A stretch of 63,889 bases of DNA, counting the filler, from Octopus bimaculoides (Eukaryota): NCBI RefSeq assembly GCF_001194135.2. It is 6 parts of 6 records of this genome, joined end to end, with 100 filler letters (N's around TTAATTAATTAA, not from the genome) between each part and the next. Parts side by side here need not be neighbours in the genome. Positions count along the whole stretch, not along the records: positions 1 to 14,794 come from NC_069002.1; 5 more parts are not named here. The stretch is one strand, 5' to 3'. The notes below the pieces were generated by a model. It saw only the letters and a list, made by a program, of their open reading frames with translations. It did no database searches and was not told where the DNA came from. The position numbers and the translations under genes are program-made. Shown here piece by piece: positions 1 to 12,922 of this stretch; the stretch's first letter is position 1, and every line of letters begins with the position of its first letter.

Positions 1-118
1 AGGAAAAAGAGGAGGGGAGAAAGAAGAGGAGAGGAGGAGGAGGAGGAGAAGAGCAGGGGGAAGAAGAGCAGGGGAGGAAGAAAAGCAGGGGAGGAAGAAG
101 AGCAGGAGGTGGAGGAGA
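1..118. repeat. Purine-rich (GAG/GAA) low-complexity tract
   Basis: Almost exclusively A/G with GAGGAG and GAAGAAGAGCAGGGG units. Confidence 0.9.
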
Positions 119-291
119 AGTTGTTATTGTTTAACCCCAGGTCAGCCCTGACCCTACCTAATTATGTATGCATGTATGCATGCCTATAAGAATGCACAAC
201 TCACGGTAACCTTCATTTAATTATTTTTTCTTTCTTAAGTAGGAGAGCGTATGATTGATTTGGGTGTTATTTTTAGCAGCTCCGGTTATTA

Positions 292-622
292 TGTGGAAGT
301 GCTCTCTTTTCATTTTTCTTTTCTCTCTTCTTTTAAGGAATTCGCAATTCATGAGGAATCAGGAATGATATTTGAAGATAAGAGTTGTAAGGAATTAGTA
401 ATGATGGTACACCCCTCCCACGTGACGAATGGAATAACCTAGTCACTTTAAGTAAAGATAAGTACGTGAAGTACCAGAGTACGTAGTAGACAGTCAGAAA
501 TAGTTTCTCTTTACTGGTTTTACTAAGCATACTGTATATCGAAGTTGGCGTTATAACGATCCAACATTTTGAGGATTATTACAAGGTGAGGCAGGTTCAA
601 ATCAGTGACATGGTATCAGAGC
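292..622 (+). mobile_element. Probable 5' LTR plus tRNA-iMet primer-binding site of an LTR retrotransposon (remnant)
   Basis: A TG...CA-bounded segment (292-610) is followed immediately by TGGTATCAGAGC (611-622), a classic iMet PBS. No second LTR or gag/pol is seen. The left boundary is uncertain. Confidence 0.5.
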
Positions 623-694
623 TGAAGATATTTGCATAAATCGTGACTGCAGATCAGGGCGTCAGACGTGAAACAACGAAACGTGATAAAAGTA

Positions 695-733
<39 letters not shown>

Positions 734-1289
734 TCTCTTGGTTGTTAACCTCTTGACTATACAGAATTACTAAGACGCCTTCACTCTGCACCAGACAGTC
801 TGCTAAAACATAAAACATGCAGTATTTATAGATTTTGCTTTATAATGTCACTTGTACAAGGTTAAAGAATTTGCATCTAAAGTTTTATCTATCTATCTAT
901 ATGTAAACGATAAAAATAATGGGTTATATACATTTATTTATTTATCTATTATAGTCTCACAACTGTTTTAGATATACATTTGGATGCATTCATGGTTCAA
1001 TTTTATCAATCAATCGATTGATTGGCTGAAAATATAGAGAAACTGCACAATGATATCTTCCTCAGAACCAAAACAATTCAACAACTAAAGAAAGAATAGA
1101 AAGGGGATAGAATTTGGTCAGTGTGGCTCTTATACAGAACTAAGTCACCTGTTTCTAGCCATCAACCTTTAGCTGTTCTCTTTTACCGCAGGTGAATAGT
1201 ATCGACACTCAGTAAAGAAATTTAATACCCCACAACCTCTTTAGGATCAGCAGCAGGCTTTTTGCGTTTAGTACTATATTTTGGAAACT

Positions 1290-1900
1290 ATTTGAAACAA
1301 GGGATTGATCGAGTTGTTAAATGAAGTAAAGTAAACCGACAAATCTGGGGTGTGGGTGTAACAAGACTTAAATCAGTACAGCATAGAGTGTTCAACGGGT
1401 CGAATGTTGGTGAAGACCACAAGAAAAGTTTATGAACGAGTAAAATATTTCTACACGGAAGATGTAGGTTCGTTTTTGGAGAAAGCAAATCAAGAAATAT
1501 CGTGGGGTGATTCTGAAGATCGACGAAAATATCCACAATATTTGATGGGTGAGCAGAAACCTGGGACGCTTTGACTCGACCTAACAAGTCGGTTCCCATC
1601 CGTTTCTGTATGGGTGACCATAAACGGTTGTGAAGGAGAAAGGGCTCTATAACCCTTTCTTATTTTCTGACCAGGCTCCCGTGGCTTTTATGGGGTTTTT
1701 CCACGTGCAACCTTTCGAAGCGCCCCCCCCCCCCTATTGGGAGTTTTAGTTGTTATACCTTTTCTGTTTTCCTCACTGTTTACACGAACGTTTTCTTTTC
1801 GGACAAAACCCTTTGTAACCTTCGTCTTGTCTTTGTCCTTACATGTTTTTAATTTATATTAGCCCTTGTGGCCAATAAAACCAGAATTAATTATTACAAT
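1290..1900 (+). mobile_element. Tx1/L1-like LINE 3' end (decayed ORF2 end and 3' UTR)
   Basis: Its 3' UTR is homologous to the reverse complement of 37791-38030 (aaagggctct, cccgtggctttt..tttttccacg, aagcgcc..attgggagtttt, agcccttgtggccaa.aaaa), which is attached to Tx1-like ORF2 sequence. Confidence 0.7.
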
Positions 1901-1904
1901 TATA

Positions 1905-2135
1905 TATTGTTTTGATTATTTATTTCATATGTTTTTCTGCTTATTCTGTCCTTTATTTTATTAAATTTTCAATCCGTCTGTTGTATAACGACGTCACTCG
2001 GCTCCCCTCGTCTATGTCCAGCTCCACATGTACGGTAAACCCTGTTTTTAAAGTTCATTGTAAATTATTGTACAACTCTCTTATTAGCTCTTGTGGCTAA
2101 TAAAGAAAGCCAATGATTGTTGTTGTTGTTGTTGT
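1905..2135 (+). mobile_element. Second, related LINE 3' end with (TTG)n tail
   Basis: Ends agctcttgtggctaataaagaaa then (TTG)n. It has the same terminal motif as the preceding element. Confidence 0.55.
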
Positions 2136-2499
2136 ATATTACTATGATAAGATGTTATACCTTGACAGCCCCTTACATCTAATTTCTGTACACTTTACCG
2201 TTTCAGACTGAATCATTTACTTCTCCGTGACATTAAGAGACAGAATGGATGTTCAAACGCGCGGAGTTTATTTACCAAAACAAACGAGGAAGATTGGTAT
2301 TTTCAAAGACATTTTGTTTGTATTTGGGATTTTTTTAAATCTCTTCAGAAATTTTAAGCAATGACGCTTTGAACAACAAGTGGACTTGACCACCGAGGAA
2401 ATAATGAACAAAACACGTTTTGCAAAAAGAATAACAATAAAGGAATTTTATAAAATGTATCAACACGCAGAATTCAAAAGCCGGAGGACATTATTAATA

Positions 2500-2575
2500 T
2501 TAATATTGGTTTCAAATTTTGGCACCAGGCCAGCAATTTCAGGGGAAGGGATAAGACGATTACATTGACCCCCCC
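2500..2575 (-). mobile_element. SINE family 2, 3' tail fragment
   Basis: The reverse complement (gtcaatgtaatcg..cctgaaattgctggcctggtgccaaaatttgaaacc) matches the tails at 41930-42000 and 50900-50970. Confidence 0.7.
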
Positions 2576-3419
2576 CCCCCNNNNNNNNNNNNNNNNNNNN
2601 NNNNNNNNNNNNNNNNNNNNNNNNNNNNNNNNNNNNNNNNNNNNNNNNNNNNNNNNNNNNNNNNNNNNNNNNNNNNNNNNNNNNNNNNNNNNNNNNNNNN
2701 NNNNNNNNNNNNNNNNNNNNNNNNNNNNNNNNNNNNNNNNNNNNNNNNNNNNNNNNNNNNNNNNNNNNNNNNNNNNNNNNNNNNNNNNNNNNNNNNNNNN
2801 NNNNNNNNNNNNNNNNNNNNNNNNNNNNNNNNNNNNNNNNNNNNNNNNNNNNNNNNNNNNNNNNNNNNNNNNNNNNNNNNNNNNNNNNNNNNNNNNNNNN
2901 NNNNNNNNNNNNNNNNNNNNNNNNNNNNNNNNNNNNNNNNNNNNNNNNNNNNNNNNNNNNNNNNNNNNNNNNNNNNNNNNNNNNNNNNNNNNNNNNNNNN
3001 NNNNNNNNNNNNNNNNNNNNNNNNNNNNNNNNNNNNNNNNNNNNNNNNNNNNNNNNNNNNNNNNNNNNNNNNNNNNNNNNNNNNNNNNNNNNNNNNNNNN
3101 NNNNNNNNNNNNNNNNNNNNNNNNNNNNNNNNNNNNNNNNNNNNNNNNNNNNNNNNNNNNNNNNNNNNNNNNNNNNNNNNNNNNNNNNNNNNNNNNNNNN
3201 NNNNNNNNNNNNNNNNNNNNNNNNNNNNNNNNNNNNNNNNNNNNNNNNNNNNNNNNNNNNNNNNNNNNNNNNNNNNNNNNNNNNNNNNNNNNNNNNNNNN
3301 NNNNNNNNNNNNNNNNNNNNNNNNNNNNNNNNNNNNNNNNNNNNNNNNNNNNNNNNNNNNNNNNNNNNNNNNATACGTGTATACAAATACACACACACAC
3401 ATGTGTGTATGTGTATGCA

Positions 3420-3530
3420 TGTATAAATTTACAGAAACAACGAAAAACCAGTTGAAGCGGACGTGTGCAAGTCTGATCCCTTCATCAGTAGTCAATTAGA
3501 AATCAATCATCATAATTTCGGCACCTAAAA
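3420..3530 (-). mobile_element. Penelope-type terminal repeat fragment carrying CTGATGA-AGG
   Basis: The minus strand reads ccgaaat..N..ctgatgaagggatc. The same architecture occurs at 45845-46034 and 58370-58480. Confidence 0.45.
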
Positions 3531-3573
3531 CATTAACGTTTATTTCAGCTGTACCTACAATATATTTGACAAA

Positions 3574-3618
<45 letters not shown>

Positions 3619-4418
3619 TCTTTCTCCCTTTCTTCTCTCACTCTCTTTCTTTCGCTCTCTACTACTACTACTACTATTACCACCCCTTTTGTCCAGTTCT
3701 TTGATATACTTCTTTTCCTTCACGATTTCCTTATTTCTAGTTTCAACATTCCCTACCTCTTCCCCCTAACCTGCAAATACCCAATCATTTTACTTACCAA
3801 CAGGAGTCTTTCTGTCTTTCTTGGTTTGCTTTTAAAGCTGTAAATCATTCCATTTTCCTCCATACGTTACTTGCACTTATTGTCTCCGGTTTAGTGTCAA
3901 GGTTAAAAGACAATTCATATTATTATCTCTGCTTTATTTCGTAATTTTTCCATCTTGAGTTTATCGTTAAATCGTAAGTCAACGTGTATTTTTATTACTG
4001 TTTTCTACTTATTCTGTCTCTTTCTTATCCTTTTCAAAATTTGTCTTCAACTCATTGTTTCGGTCAAAAGACCGCTAATATTCTCTAATAGTTTAGTCTT
4101 GTATTCTTTCCTATTACCAACTCCATATTTTCCGACCATTGTTCAATTTACGCGTGCACTCGCCTACACCCTCACCGGTGGGCATTTATTATTTTTTTTT
4201 TTTATCTTTATTTTATATTTGTCTATTAGGTTTTTTGGTAGTTTATGAATTTTTAGTCGTATATATTTAACTTTTTGATAGGCTGTTCTACTTGTATTTT
4301 ATTCGATTATATATTTTTACCTTCTGTGATTTTATGTATATGTATTATGTTTTATGTGTTTGAAAACATGGTGATCTTTATATATGATTAAATGTTTGTT
4401 CTATAACCAATGCTTCTT

Positions 4419-4499
<81 letters not shown>

Positions 4500-4929
4500 N
4501 NNNNNNNNNNNNNNNNNNNNNNNNNNNNNNNNNNNNNNNNNNNNNNNNNNNNNNNNNNNNNNNNNNNNNNNNNNNNNNNNNNNNNNNNNNNNNNNNNNNN
4601 NNNNNNNNNNNNNNNNNNNNNNNNNNNNNNNNNNNNNNNNNNNNNNNNNNNNNNNNNNNNNNNNNNNNNNNNNNNNNNNNNNNNNNNNNNNNNNNNNNNN
4701 NNNNNNNNNNNNNNNNNNNNNNNNNNNNNNNNNNNNNNNNNNNNNNNNNNNNNNNNNNNNNNNNNNNNNNNNNNNNNNNNNNNNNNNNNNNNNNNNNNNN
4801 NNNNNNNNNNNNNNNNNNNNNNNNNNNNNNNNNNNNNNNNNNNNNNNNNNNNNNNNNNNNNNNNNNNNNNNNNNNNNNNNNNNNNNNNNNNNNNNNNNNN
4901 NNNNNNNNNNNNNNNNNNNNNNNNNNNNN

Positions 4930-4965
<36 letters not shown>

Positions 4966-5329
4966 TACATACATACACACATACATACACACATACATAC
5001 ACACACACATACATATTATGTTGGTAAGTAGGCAGACAGGTATGTATGTATTTATCTATCAATCAACAGGCACTGTTTCTATCTACCAAAATCTAGTCTA
5101 GTCTCAGTCATGACTGAATAGACATAACCAATGCCATTCCTATCCGTTACCGTCTCAGATTAAAATTAATAAAGGAGTCCTTTTCGTTTTTAAAGATGTG
5201 AAAGATGGAATTTAGGAATATGGCGACTATTTCTCGCTGTTCAAGAGAGCACATACAAGTAAACCATTCTGGGCCCTTTTCACTTAATTCTCTCTATGAT
5301 GTCATTTAAAATTTTATTTTATGACCAGG

Positions 5330-5505
5330 CATGACGACCGATGTTGGTTTGTTTATGTCGCGTAACTTAGCGATTCTGCAACAGAGACCGATAGAATAAG
5401 TACTATGCTTAAAAGAAGTACTGGGGTCAATTCATTCTTCAAGGGCAATACCCCAGCTTGACCGCACTCTAATGACTGAAACAAGTAAGGTAAGATAAGA
5501 TAAGA
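5330..5505 (+). mobile_element. SINE family 1, 3' half
   Basis: accgatgttgg..gtaacttagcg..gagaccgatagaataagtact..ggggtc..aatgactgaaacaagtaa is shared with many copies in the window. Confidence 0.85.
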
Positions 5506-5659
5506 AATTCTCGAATCAAACAGCCCCGCTCCTGCCACGGCTGCTCCCACTGCTGTTGCTACTGCTACCACTGCTGCTACTGCTACCACTGCTGTTACTG
5601 CTGCTCTCGCTACTATTGCTGATACCGTTATTGATTTGTTATATTAGTTCAGCTTCAAA

Positions 5660-5855
5660 TCAACCCTTGCTATATAAACTACAAAGCCATTCCAGCCGTG
5701 ACCATCATCCTCTTGCTTTCTAAAGATTGCATGCCCCTAACTGTATTATCCGACATATCATTCTTTGTTTTAAGAGTGTAAACTGAGTTTTAAGTAAGAA
5801 TTTGCTGCTATTTCTAGTAATTGAAGCGACTCTGTAAAGGCCCCTTCACTGTTTC
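5660..5855 (+). mobile_element. Dispersed repeat family 5 (probable SINE/LINE-tail derivative)
   Basis: The modules aaagccattccagccgtgaccatc and atttgctgctatttctag recur at ~128-285, 29165-29240, 32925-32990, 41325-41400, 42215-42445 and 51300-51480. Confidence 0.6.
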
Positions 5856-6884
5856 AACAAACAACCCTGTTATTTGTGTCAGAGAAAAAGAAGACAACAA
5901 ATTTTCGTCTTCCAACTTTCACCGAAGAACGAATAAAACGCCCATGTTTCATGTCACCGAATAAAACTCCTCATATCACGCCACAGTTTGATTTTTATCT
6001 CGCCAACGAAGACTTGTCAATACCTAGAATTTACTAACAAACATCGAGTCTTCACCTCAACAAAATATTCGTGATTAGAATTAAAACAGATGACATACCT
6101 CCCTAATACAACCTCTTATAATGTGTCTTTCTTTTCATCAAATCTTTAATTTATTTATTTCTCTTTTTTTTTACTTATTCAATTGTTTCTTTATGTATTT
6201 ATTTACGATTGTTTAGTTGTTTTCCGTTTTGCTCCAAAATCTTTGTTGTTTAGTCTCTATGATTGAAGAGGCCTATGACCAAAGACATCCCAGCCTTGAC
6301 TCATTAGCTCAGCTATCAATTCTTTAATCTTTGTGCTAACCCAAAATGTTGCTCTGTTCATTATTTGCAGGGAGATATTTAATTCAAATTGTTAGTTATT
6401 AGTGTATCAGTTACTATATAATATTGATATTATCTTCATATTAATTTAATATAGATATTATATTAACATAGGAATAGGATCAGAAATATTGGCGAAAGGG
6501 AACAAACGATTTTACTAATCCCAATACTTGATTAGTATTTTATTCTATCGATCCTGGATGGATGAAAGATAAAGTTGATCTCGACCAGGTTTCTTAGAAA
6601 CCTTGGGAATAAAGCTGAAGTGATCTCTTTTGGCGATACCAGGGTTGTTGTTGCCCTTCTAAGCCTTAACATCTGGAAATTCTGCTCTGGATACTGAGTT
6701 TTATGGTTTTCCTCTCAGCACCCTCTACAACTCTGCAGTTATTTTATACTTTTGTGATGTCATGAGGACTTGTTAGTAGATGGTGACTCCATCTGACCCC
6801 CAATCACTGAAGGTTCCATCTGCATTCCCCAATCTGCCCTTACTGTACCTCAAACCCCAGAGTCGACGTTACAAACAATGTCAT

Positions 6885-7100
<216 letters not shown>

Positions 7101-8946
7101 CATAAATATTACTTTGAAAATTATGACGAAAATTTCATAGAGACAAGAAAATTCTTCGGTACCAGTTCCGTTAAATCTTCAGACTTTGAAAATAATAAAT
7201 AAATCAGTCTGTCATATCTTTGACGTTAAAGAATATGAGAAAGGAAAGTTGAACATTTGTAATTCTACCTCTTTTGAACAGATTTGAGAAATTGTAATTA
7301 AAAGTGTCATAAACAGTGAAAATTAAAATGTTACATTTAAAGAGTTTAACAAAATGAATTCTGATTTCATAAAAAGATTGAATATATTTTAATCGGGTTG
7401 GCGGTGAGTTTCAATATCTTCTTAAATTCATTAATGAAAATCATCGAGTTCTGCATGTCACGTGATTAACCAAGGAGTAAAACTGAAGGGTGCACCTGTT
7501 ATTGTGTGTGTGTATATGAATGCGTATGTATGTATGTGTCATATGCATATATACATATGTGCGTGTATCATATATGTATGTGTGTATGTATATTCTAGTA
7601 TGCGCATCTTATATGTGTGCATATGACGTTAAAAAGAATGAGATTTATATTTAATTTGCGCAAATGCCATAATTGAACGAGAGTAATTAAGTTTTTTTTT
7701 AAATACAGACACATACTTTTATACACCTGCATACACACACACATACACATACAGATACACACGAATGCATACATACACACACACACACACACACAAACAC
7801 ATATACATACGCAGATACATACTCACACATATATATATATCCGTAACTTGTGTGTGTGTGTGTGTATGTGTTTTTGTTTATGTAAATACTACATATTCGA
7901 TTCTAGTTGTTCCTATTTCCCGAACCATTATAAATGGTTCTAAATTAATCGGAAGTTTAAATCAACTGGAAGTTTAATTCGTATCTGTTCAGCTTTTGTT
8001 GGATGTACTTTAAGCGAACAAACACATAGTAAGTATGTACCTATGTATATATGTAAGTGTATATGTATATACTTATGTACGTACCTATGTATGTATGTGT
8101 GCGTGTGTGTGTATACATGTATACATACATATATATACATATATATANNNNNNNNNNNNNNNNNNNNNNNNNNNNNNNNNNNNNNNNNNNNNNNNNNNNN
8201 NNNNNNNNNNNNNNNNNNNNNNNNNNNNNNNNNNNNNNNNNNNNNNNNNNNNNNNNNNNNNNNNNNNNNNNNNNNNNNNNNNNNNNNNNNNNNNNNNNNN
8301 NNNNNNNNNNNNNNNNNNNNNNNNNNNNNNNNNNNNNNNNNNNNNNNNNNNNNNNNNNNNNNNNNNNNNNNNNNNNNNNNNNNNNNNNNNNNNNNNNNNN
8401 NNNNNNNNNNNNNNNNNNNNNNNNNNNNNNNNNNNNNNNNNNNNNNNNNNNNNNNNNNNNNNNNNNNNNNNNNNNNNNNNNNNNNNNNNNNNNNNNNNNN
8501 NNNNNNNNNNNNNNNNNNNNNNNNNNNNNNNNNNNNNNNNNNNNNNNNNNNNNNNNNNNNNNNNNNNNNNNNNNNNNNNNNNNNNNNNNNNNNNNNNNNN
8601 NNNNNNNNNNNNNNNNNNNNNNNNNNNNNNNNNNNNNNNNNNNNNNNNNNNNNNNNNNNNNNNNNNNNNNNNNNNNNNNNNNNNNNNNNNNNNNNNNNNN
8701 NNNNNNNNNNNNNNNNNNNNNNNNNNNNNNNNNNNNNNNNNNNNNNNNNNNNNNNNNNNNNNNNNNNNNNNNNNNNNNNNNNNNNNNNNNNNNNNNNNNN
8801 NNNNNNNNNNNNNNNNNNNNNNNNNNNNNNNNNNNNNNNNNNNNNNNNNNNNNNNNNNNNNNNNNNNNNNNNNNNNNNNNNNNNNNNNNNNNNNNNNNNN
8901 NNNNNNNNNNNNNNNNNNNNNNNNNNTATATATATAGTGATAAGTT

Positions 8947-9110
8947 ACAAAAAAACAAAAGACGAAGATGGGTGTGTAAACAACAAACAGGTGTATTAGT
9001 TTGATGCTCGGGAAGTGAGAGAGTCTTTTATGTTTCGCGCCTATGCTCTTCGACAGAAAGGAACACAGAAATAAGCAGGGAGAGAAAATAAATACGGTTT
9101 AGTGGTTAGT
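8947..9110 (-). mobile_element. Penelope-type terminal repeat with degenerate minimal hammerhead motif
   Basis: Minus strand 9060-9025 reads CTTT-CTGTCGA-A-GAGC-ATAG-GCGC-GAAA-CATA-AAAG. The flanks are homologous to 47700-47850. Confidence 0.6.
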
Positions 9111-9950
9111 AATTTATCATGGCGAATGCCGGTAGTGGCCTCATACAGTCATGTCGTGGATTCGATCCTCGATCGCCAAATTTTACTTAACAGTTCGACA
9201 ACACTTTTCTCGCGGTAAAACAATAGTTTTTCTATGAGTGACAGCAGTTACATTTACCAGATGCCTTCGCTAAGCAGAATTATGTCTTTGCCACTTGACC
9301 CTTCAAACCTCTTCTAGGACACCAAAAGTTAGAATTGAGATAACAGGTACCACTAACGAAATATATTGTTCTCGACAATATGTCTATCTTTCTAACTAGT
9401 TTCGCATAGTTATAAATACTAGAATTTGGCAAGGCAAAATTTGATAGTGAACAGAGACCAACTAGAGTCATGGCCACAAGCAGGCAACCACTAAATACAC
9501 ACGACCAGGAGGAGAAAAAAGTTTACAATCAGCTAACTATGAGACACAACGTTCCTCGACTCTATAACTTTCACTAGCTCAATTTCTTTTCTCTTACAAT
9601 ATCATTATATCACTATCTATGGTTTACTACTACAATACGAACGTGTACACACATACCAGCCGAAATTAATTCTTTTTACCTCGCTTGCTTTTCCATTTAC
9701 TAATTATACATACCAACCCGTCGCGGTTTTGGATATATACAAAGTGACGGTAAATAAATATGTCTTTACAACTTCGATCATTGTTCTTCTTTCATCTTGC
9801 ACATCTGCAACAACAATACCCGATACAACCACTAACTACCGATTCCAACATATATCATAATGCAAACCGTTACACTGGCAACCAACACCTTAACAACAAC
9901 CGTTATAATTGGAATTGGTGACCCTTGACTGCAACAAAGAACTAACCGCT

Positions 9951-9982
<32 letters not shown>

Positions 9983-11684
9983 GCGCATATATATATANNN
10001 NNNNNNNNNNNNNNNNNNNNNNNNNNNNNNNNNNNNNNNNNNNNNNNNNNNNNNNNNNNNNNNNNNNNNNNNNNNNNNNNNNNNNNNNNNNNNNNNNNNN
10101 NNNNNNNNNNNNNNNNNNNNNNNNNNNNNNNNNNNNNNNNNNNNNNNNNNNNNNNNNNNNNNNNNNNNNNNNNNNNNNNNNNNNNNNNNNNNNNNNNNNN
10201 NNNNNNNNNNNNNNNNNNNNNNNNNNNNNNNNNNNNNNNNNNNNNNNNNNNNNNNNNNNNNNNNNNNNNNNNNNNNNNNNNNNNNNNNNNNNNNNNNNNN
10301 NNNNNNNNNNNNNNNNNNNNNNNNNNNNNNNNNNNNNNNNNNNNNNNNNNNNNNNNNNNNNNNNNNNNNNNNNNNNNNNNNNNNNNNNNNNNNNNNNNNN
10401 NNNNNNNNNNNNNNNNNNNNNNNNNNNNNTAATTGCATACTTTATTCCTACATATGTTTCAAAGGATTACAACCTGTGTGATCCATAGGGATCTTTGATA
10501 TTAAAATTGTAACCTTCTCATCAGGGAAAGCATGGGAATCATCTTAAACGTAAGACATTATGACCGATTATGAAAACAATAGATGGATAAGGTTATGACT
10601 TGATTCATTTGAAAAAAAACCGTTAGAGAATTGGACGCTGCCGGATAGTGGGTTGGACAACACATACCATATATATAATACAAATGATATCTGAGCATAT
10701 GCATGTATACATACATATATGTACATACCTACATCTACATGTATATACAGATGCATATCGGGTACAGGACGTCAAAAAAGGAACGGGAACATAAACAAAA
10801 CACAAAAAACGGAGCACGTAATTATTTGTGCTTGTATGTATGTGTGTATATATATGTGTGTGTGTGTGTACCTATATATGTATGTATATAAATATGTATG
10901 AGTGTGTATGTATGTGTGCATATATATATGTGTGTGTGTGTGTGTGTGCATGTACGTATGCATCTGTGTATGTACTTATGTATGTGTGTGTGTGCGCTTG
11001 GGATGTATGTCCTGGGTATGGCTTTAAACAGCATCCGAGTGTGGTTCAGGATTTCCAGAGTTTTGACGAGTGTGGAACTACTTCTTAAGCCACTATTGTT
11101 TCCAGGTCTAGTTTAACCCTGAGTAGCAGCATCCGTCAGGGTTCTAGCCATAGTGTAACTAGCATATACGATGACAATCCATCTCAACGTGGAGACGCTG
11201 AAATCCACTTGATTGATTTCAGCGGGAGCAGTAGAACTACTGGGGTGAGGATACCCGTAACTGTTGTCAATATCCTTCTAAGAGAGAGACACTCTGGCGT
11301 AAAACTTGCATCTTTATGTGATTATTGGTCATCTCGCTTCAGCTTTGCCGCTAGGTACTAATCATGGAGATTCAGAGAGTGACACCCATGTTGTAGAAGC
11401 ATTTATCACTATAATCCAATATTGTACAGATGTCTCTTTATAGTGATCTCATTTGCCATTCCCACCTGCTGAAAGTCCTATGGCAATAAAGGAGTGGTGA
11501 CGTGAGCAGACTTAATCAACTGGAAGAACACGGTAAGTCGCTTACGCTTCAAACTATGTATAGCGGCATCGGGACTGAATAGTTATCTGAGAGGTCAAGG
11601 CCGGAAAGTCAGAAGTGCGTTGGCAATGAAGAAGCACAACAAACATGTGTGAAGATGTTACAATCACTATATGCGTATGTACGT

Positions 11685-12153
11685 TATCAATCAGTTTCAT
11701 TTCTGTATTTCTTGTCCATAGAGAAAGAGCCGGACTCTAACATAGATTCAAGGCTCCTTCATTGGAACTTTTATCAACATCATCTAGGTATTTGTGCATA
11801 TGTGTGTGTGTGCAGTATTTGGTGTTAGTGTATGCGCAGATTTGTATGTTTGTTTTATGGATGCGTTTTTATGTCTAGATGCATGCATATGTATTTATGT
11901 GCTAAATTTTTGGAAAGTTTTACATATCTTTACAGTTCCATTGATGGCTTGAATCTGTAGTCTTCTAATCAGCCTTTTTCTTTCAGGTTTTGAGAACCCT
12001 AATTTTTCCAGGTTTTTGTTGAGGCAGTTCGTTACATATCCCAATGCCCCAACAATCACGCGTATGAATCTGAACTTGTAGTCTGGGTGGGGTATCTGCA
12101 AATTTCTCAGTAGCTCGGCGTAGTTGTTCTCTTTTTCTCTAATCTTTAGTGGG
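11685..12153 (-). mobile_element. R4/Dong-clade (RLE-type) non-LTR retrotransposon, 5'-truncated 3' end, copy 1
   Basis: Minus-strand translation is LKIREKENNYAELLRNLQIPHPDYKFRFIRVIVGALGYVTNCLNKNLEKLGF..IQAINGTVKICKTF*, a typical RLE C-terminus (K..Y..L, V.VGALG). A 3' UTR follows. Confidence 0.85.
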
Positions 12154-12264
12154 ATGCATGTATGTATGTATGTATGTATGTATGTATGTATGTATGTATG
12201 TCTGCATGTATGTATGTATGTATGTCTGCATGTATGTATGTATGTATGTATATATGTTTGCATG

Positions 12265-12922
12265 TCATTATTCCGTTTATTTCAAGATTTCTTGCCAATA
12301 GAGAAAGAGTCGGGTTTTAACCTAGATCAAAAGCTTCTACATTAGAATTTCAAGAACATCAACAGGGTATTTTTGTACGTATGTATGTATGTATGTATGT
12401 ATGTATATATGTATGCAGATTTGTATGTTTTTTTATGCAAGTATTCTCATGCATATAGTTGCATGTCTAGACATGATCATATATACTTAAATGATAAACA
12501 TCCGGAAAATTATGACAGATTTTTATAGTTCCAGTGATGGCTTGGATCCGCAATCTTCAAATCAGCTTTCTTCTTTCTGGTTTTGAGAAGCCTAATTTCT
12601 CAAGATTGGTATTTAGGCAGTGTGTTACAAATCTCAGTGCCACGATAATTACAGGTAACAAACCTGAACTTGTAATCAGGATAGAGTAGCTGTAGATTGC
12701 TCAATATTTCGACATAGGTATTTTCTTTTTCACTGATCTTTAGCTTTATGTTAGCATCCGCTGGGCAGTTGATTTCCATAACTGTTCACAGTTTCTCTTC
12801 TCGTCTCAAATTACTATGTCAGGTCTATTATGTTTACATTTTATTGAGGTTTTCACTGGGACATTCCATCAGTACCTCTTTTTATTATGAGTGGCAATGG
12901 CTTCTACCATACTGTAGGTTCT
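12265..12922 (-). mobile_element. R4/Dong-clade non-LTR retrotransposon 3' end with decayed RLE domain, copy 2
   Basis: Translation with stops and frameshifts gives ..RY*WNVPVKTSIKCKHNRPDIVI*DE.., VMEINCPADANIKLKISEKENTYVEIL..YPDYKFRF, containing the RLE RPD motif. It is homologous to copy 1 including the 3' UTR. Confidence 0.85.
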
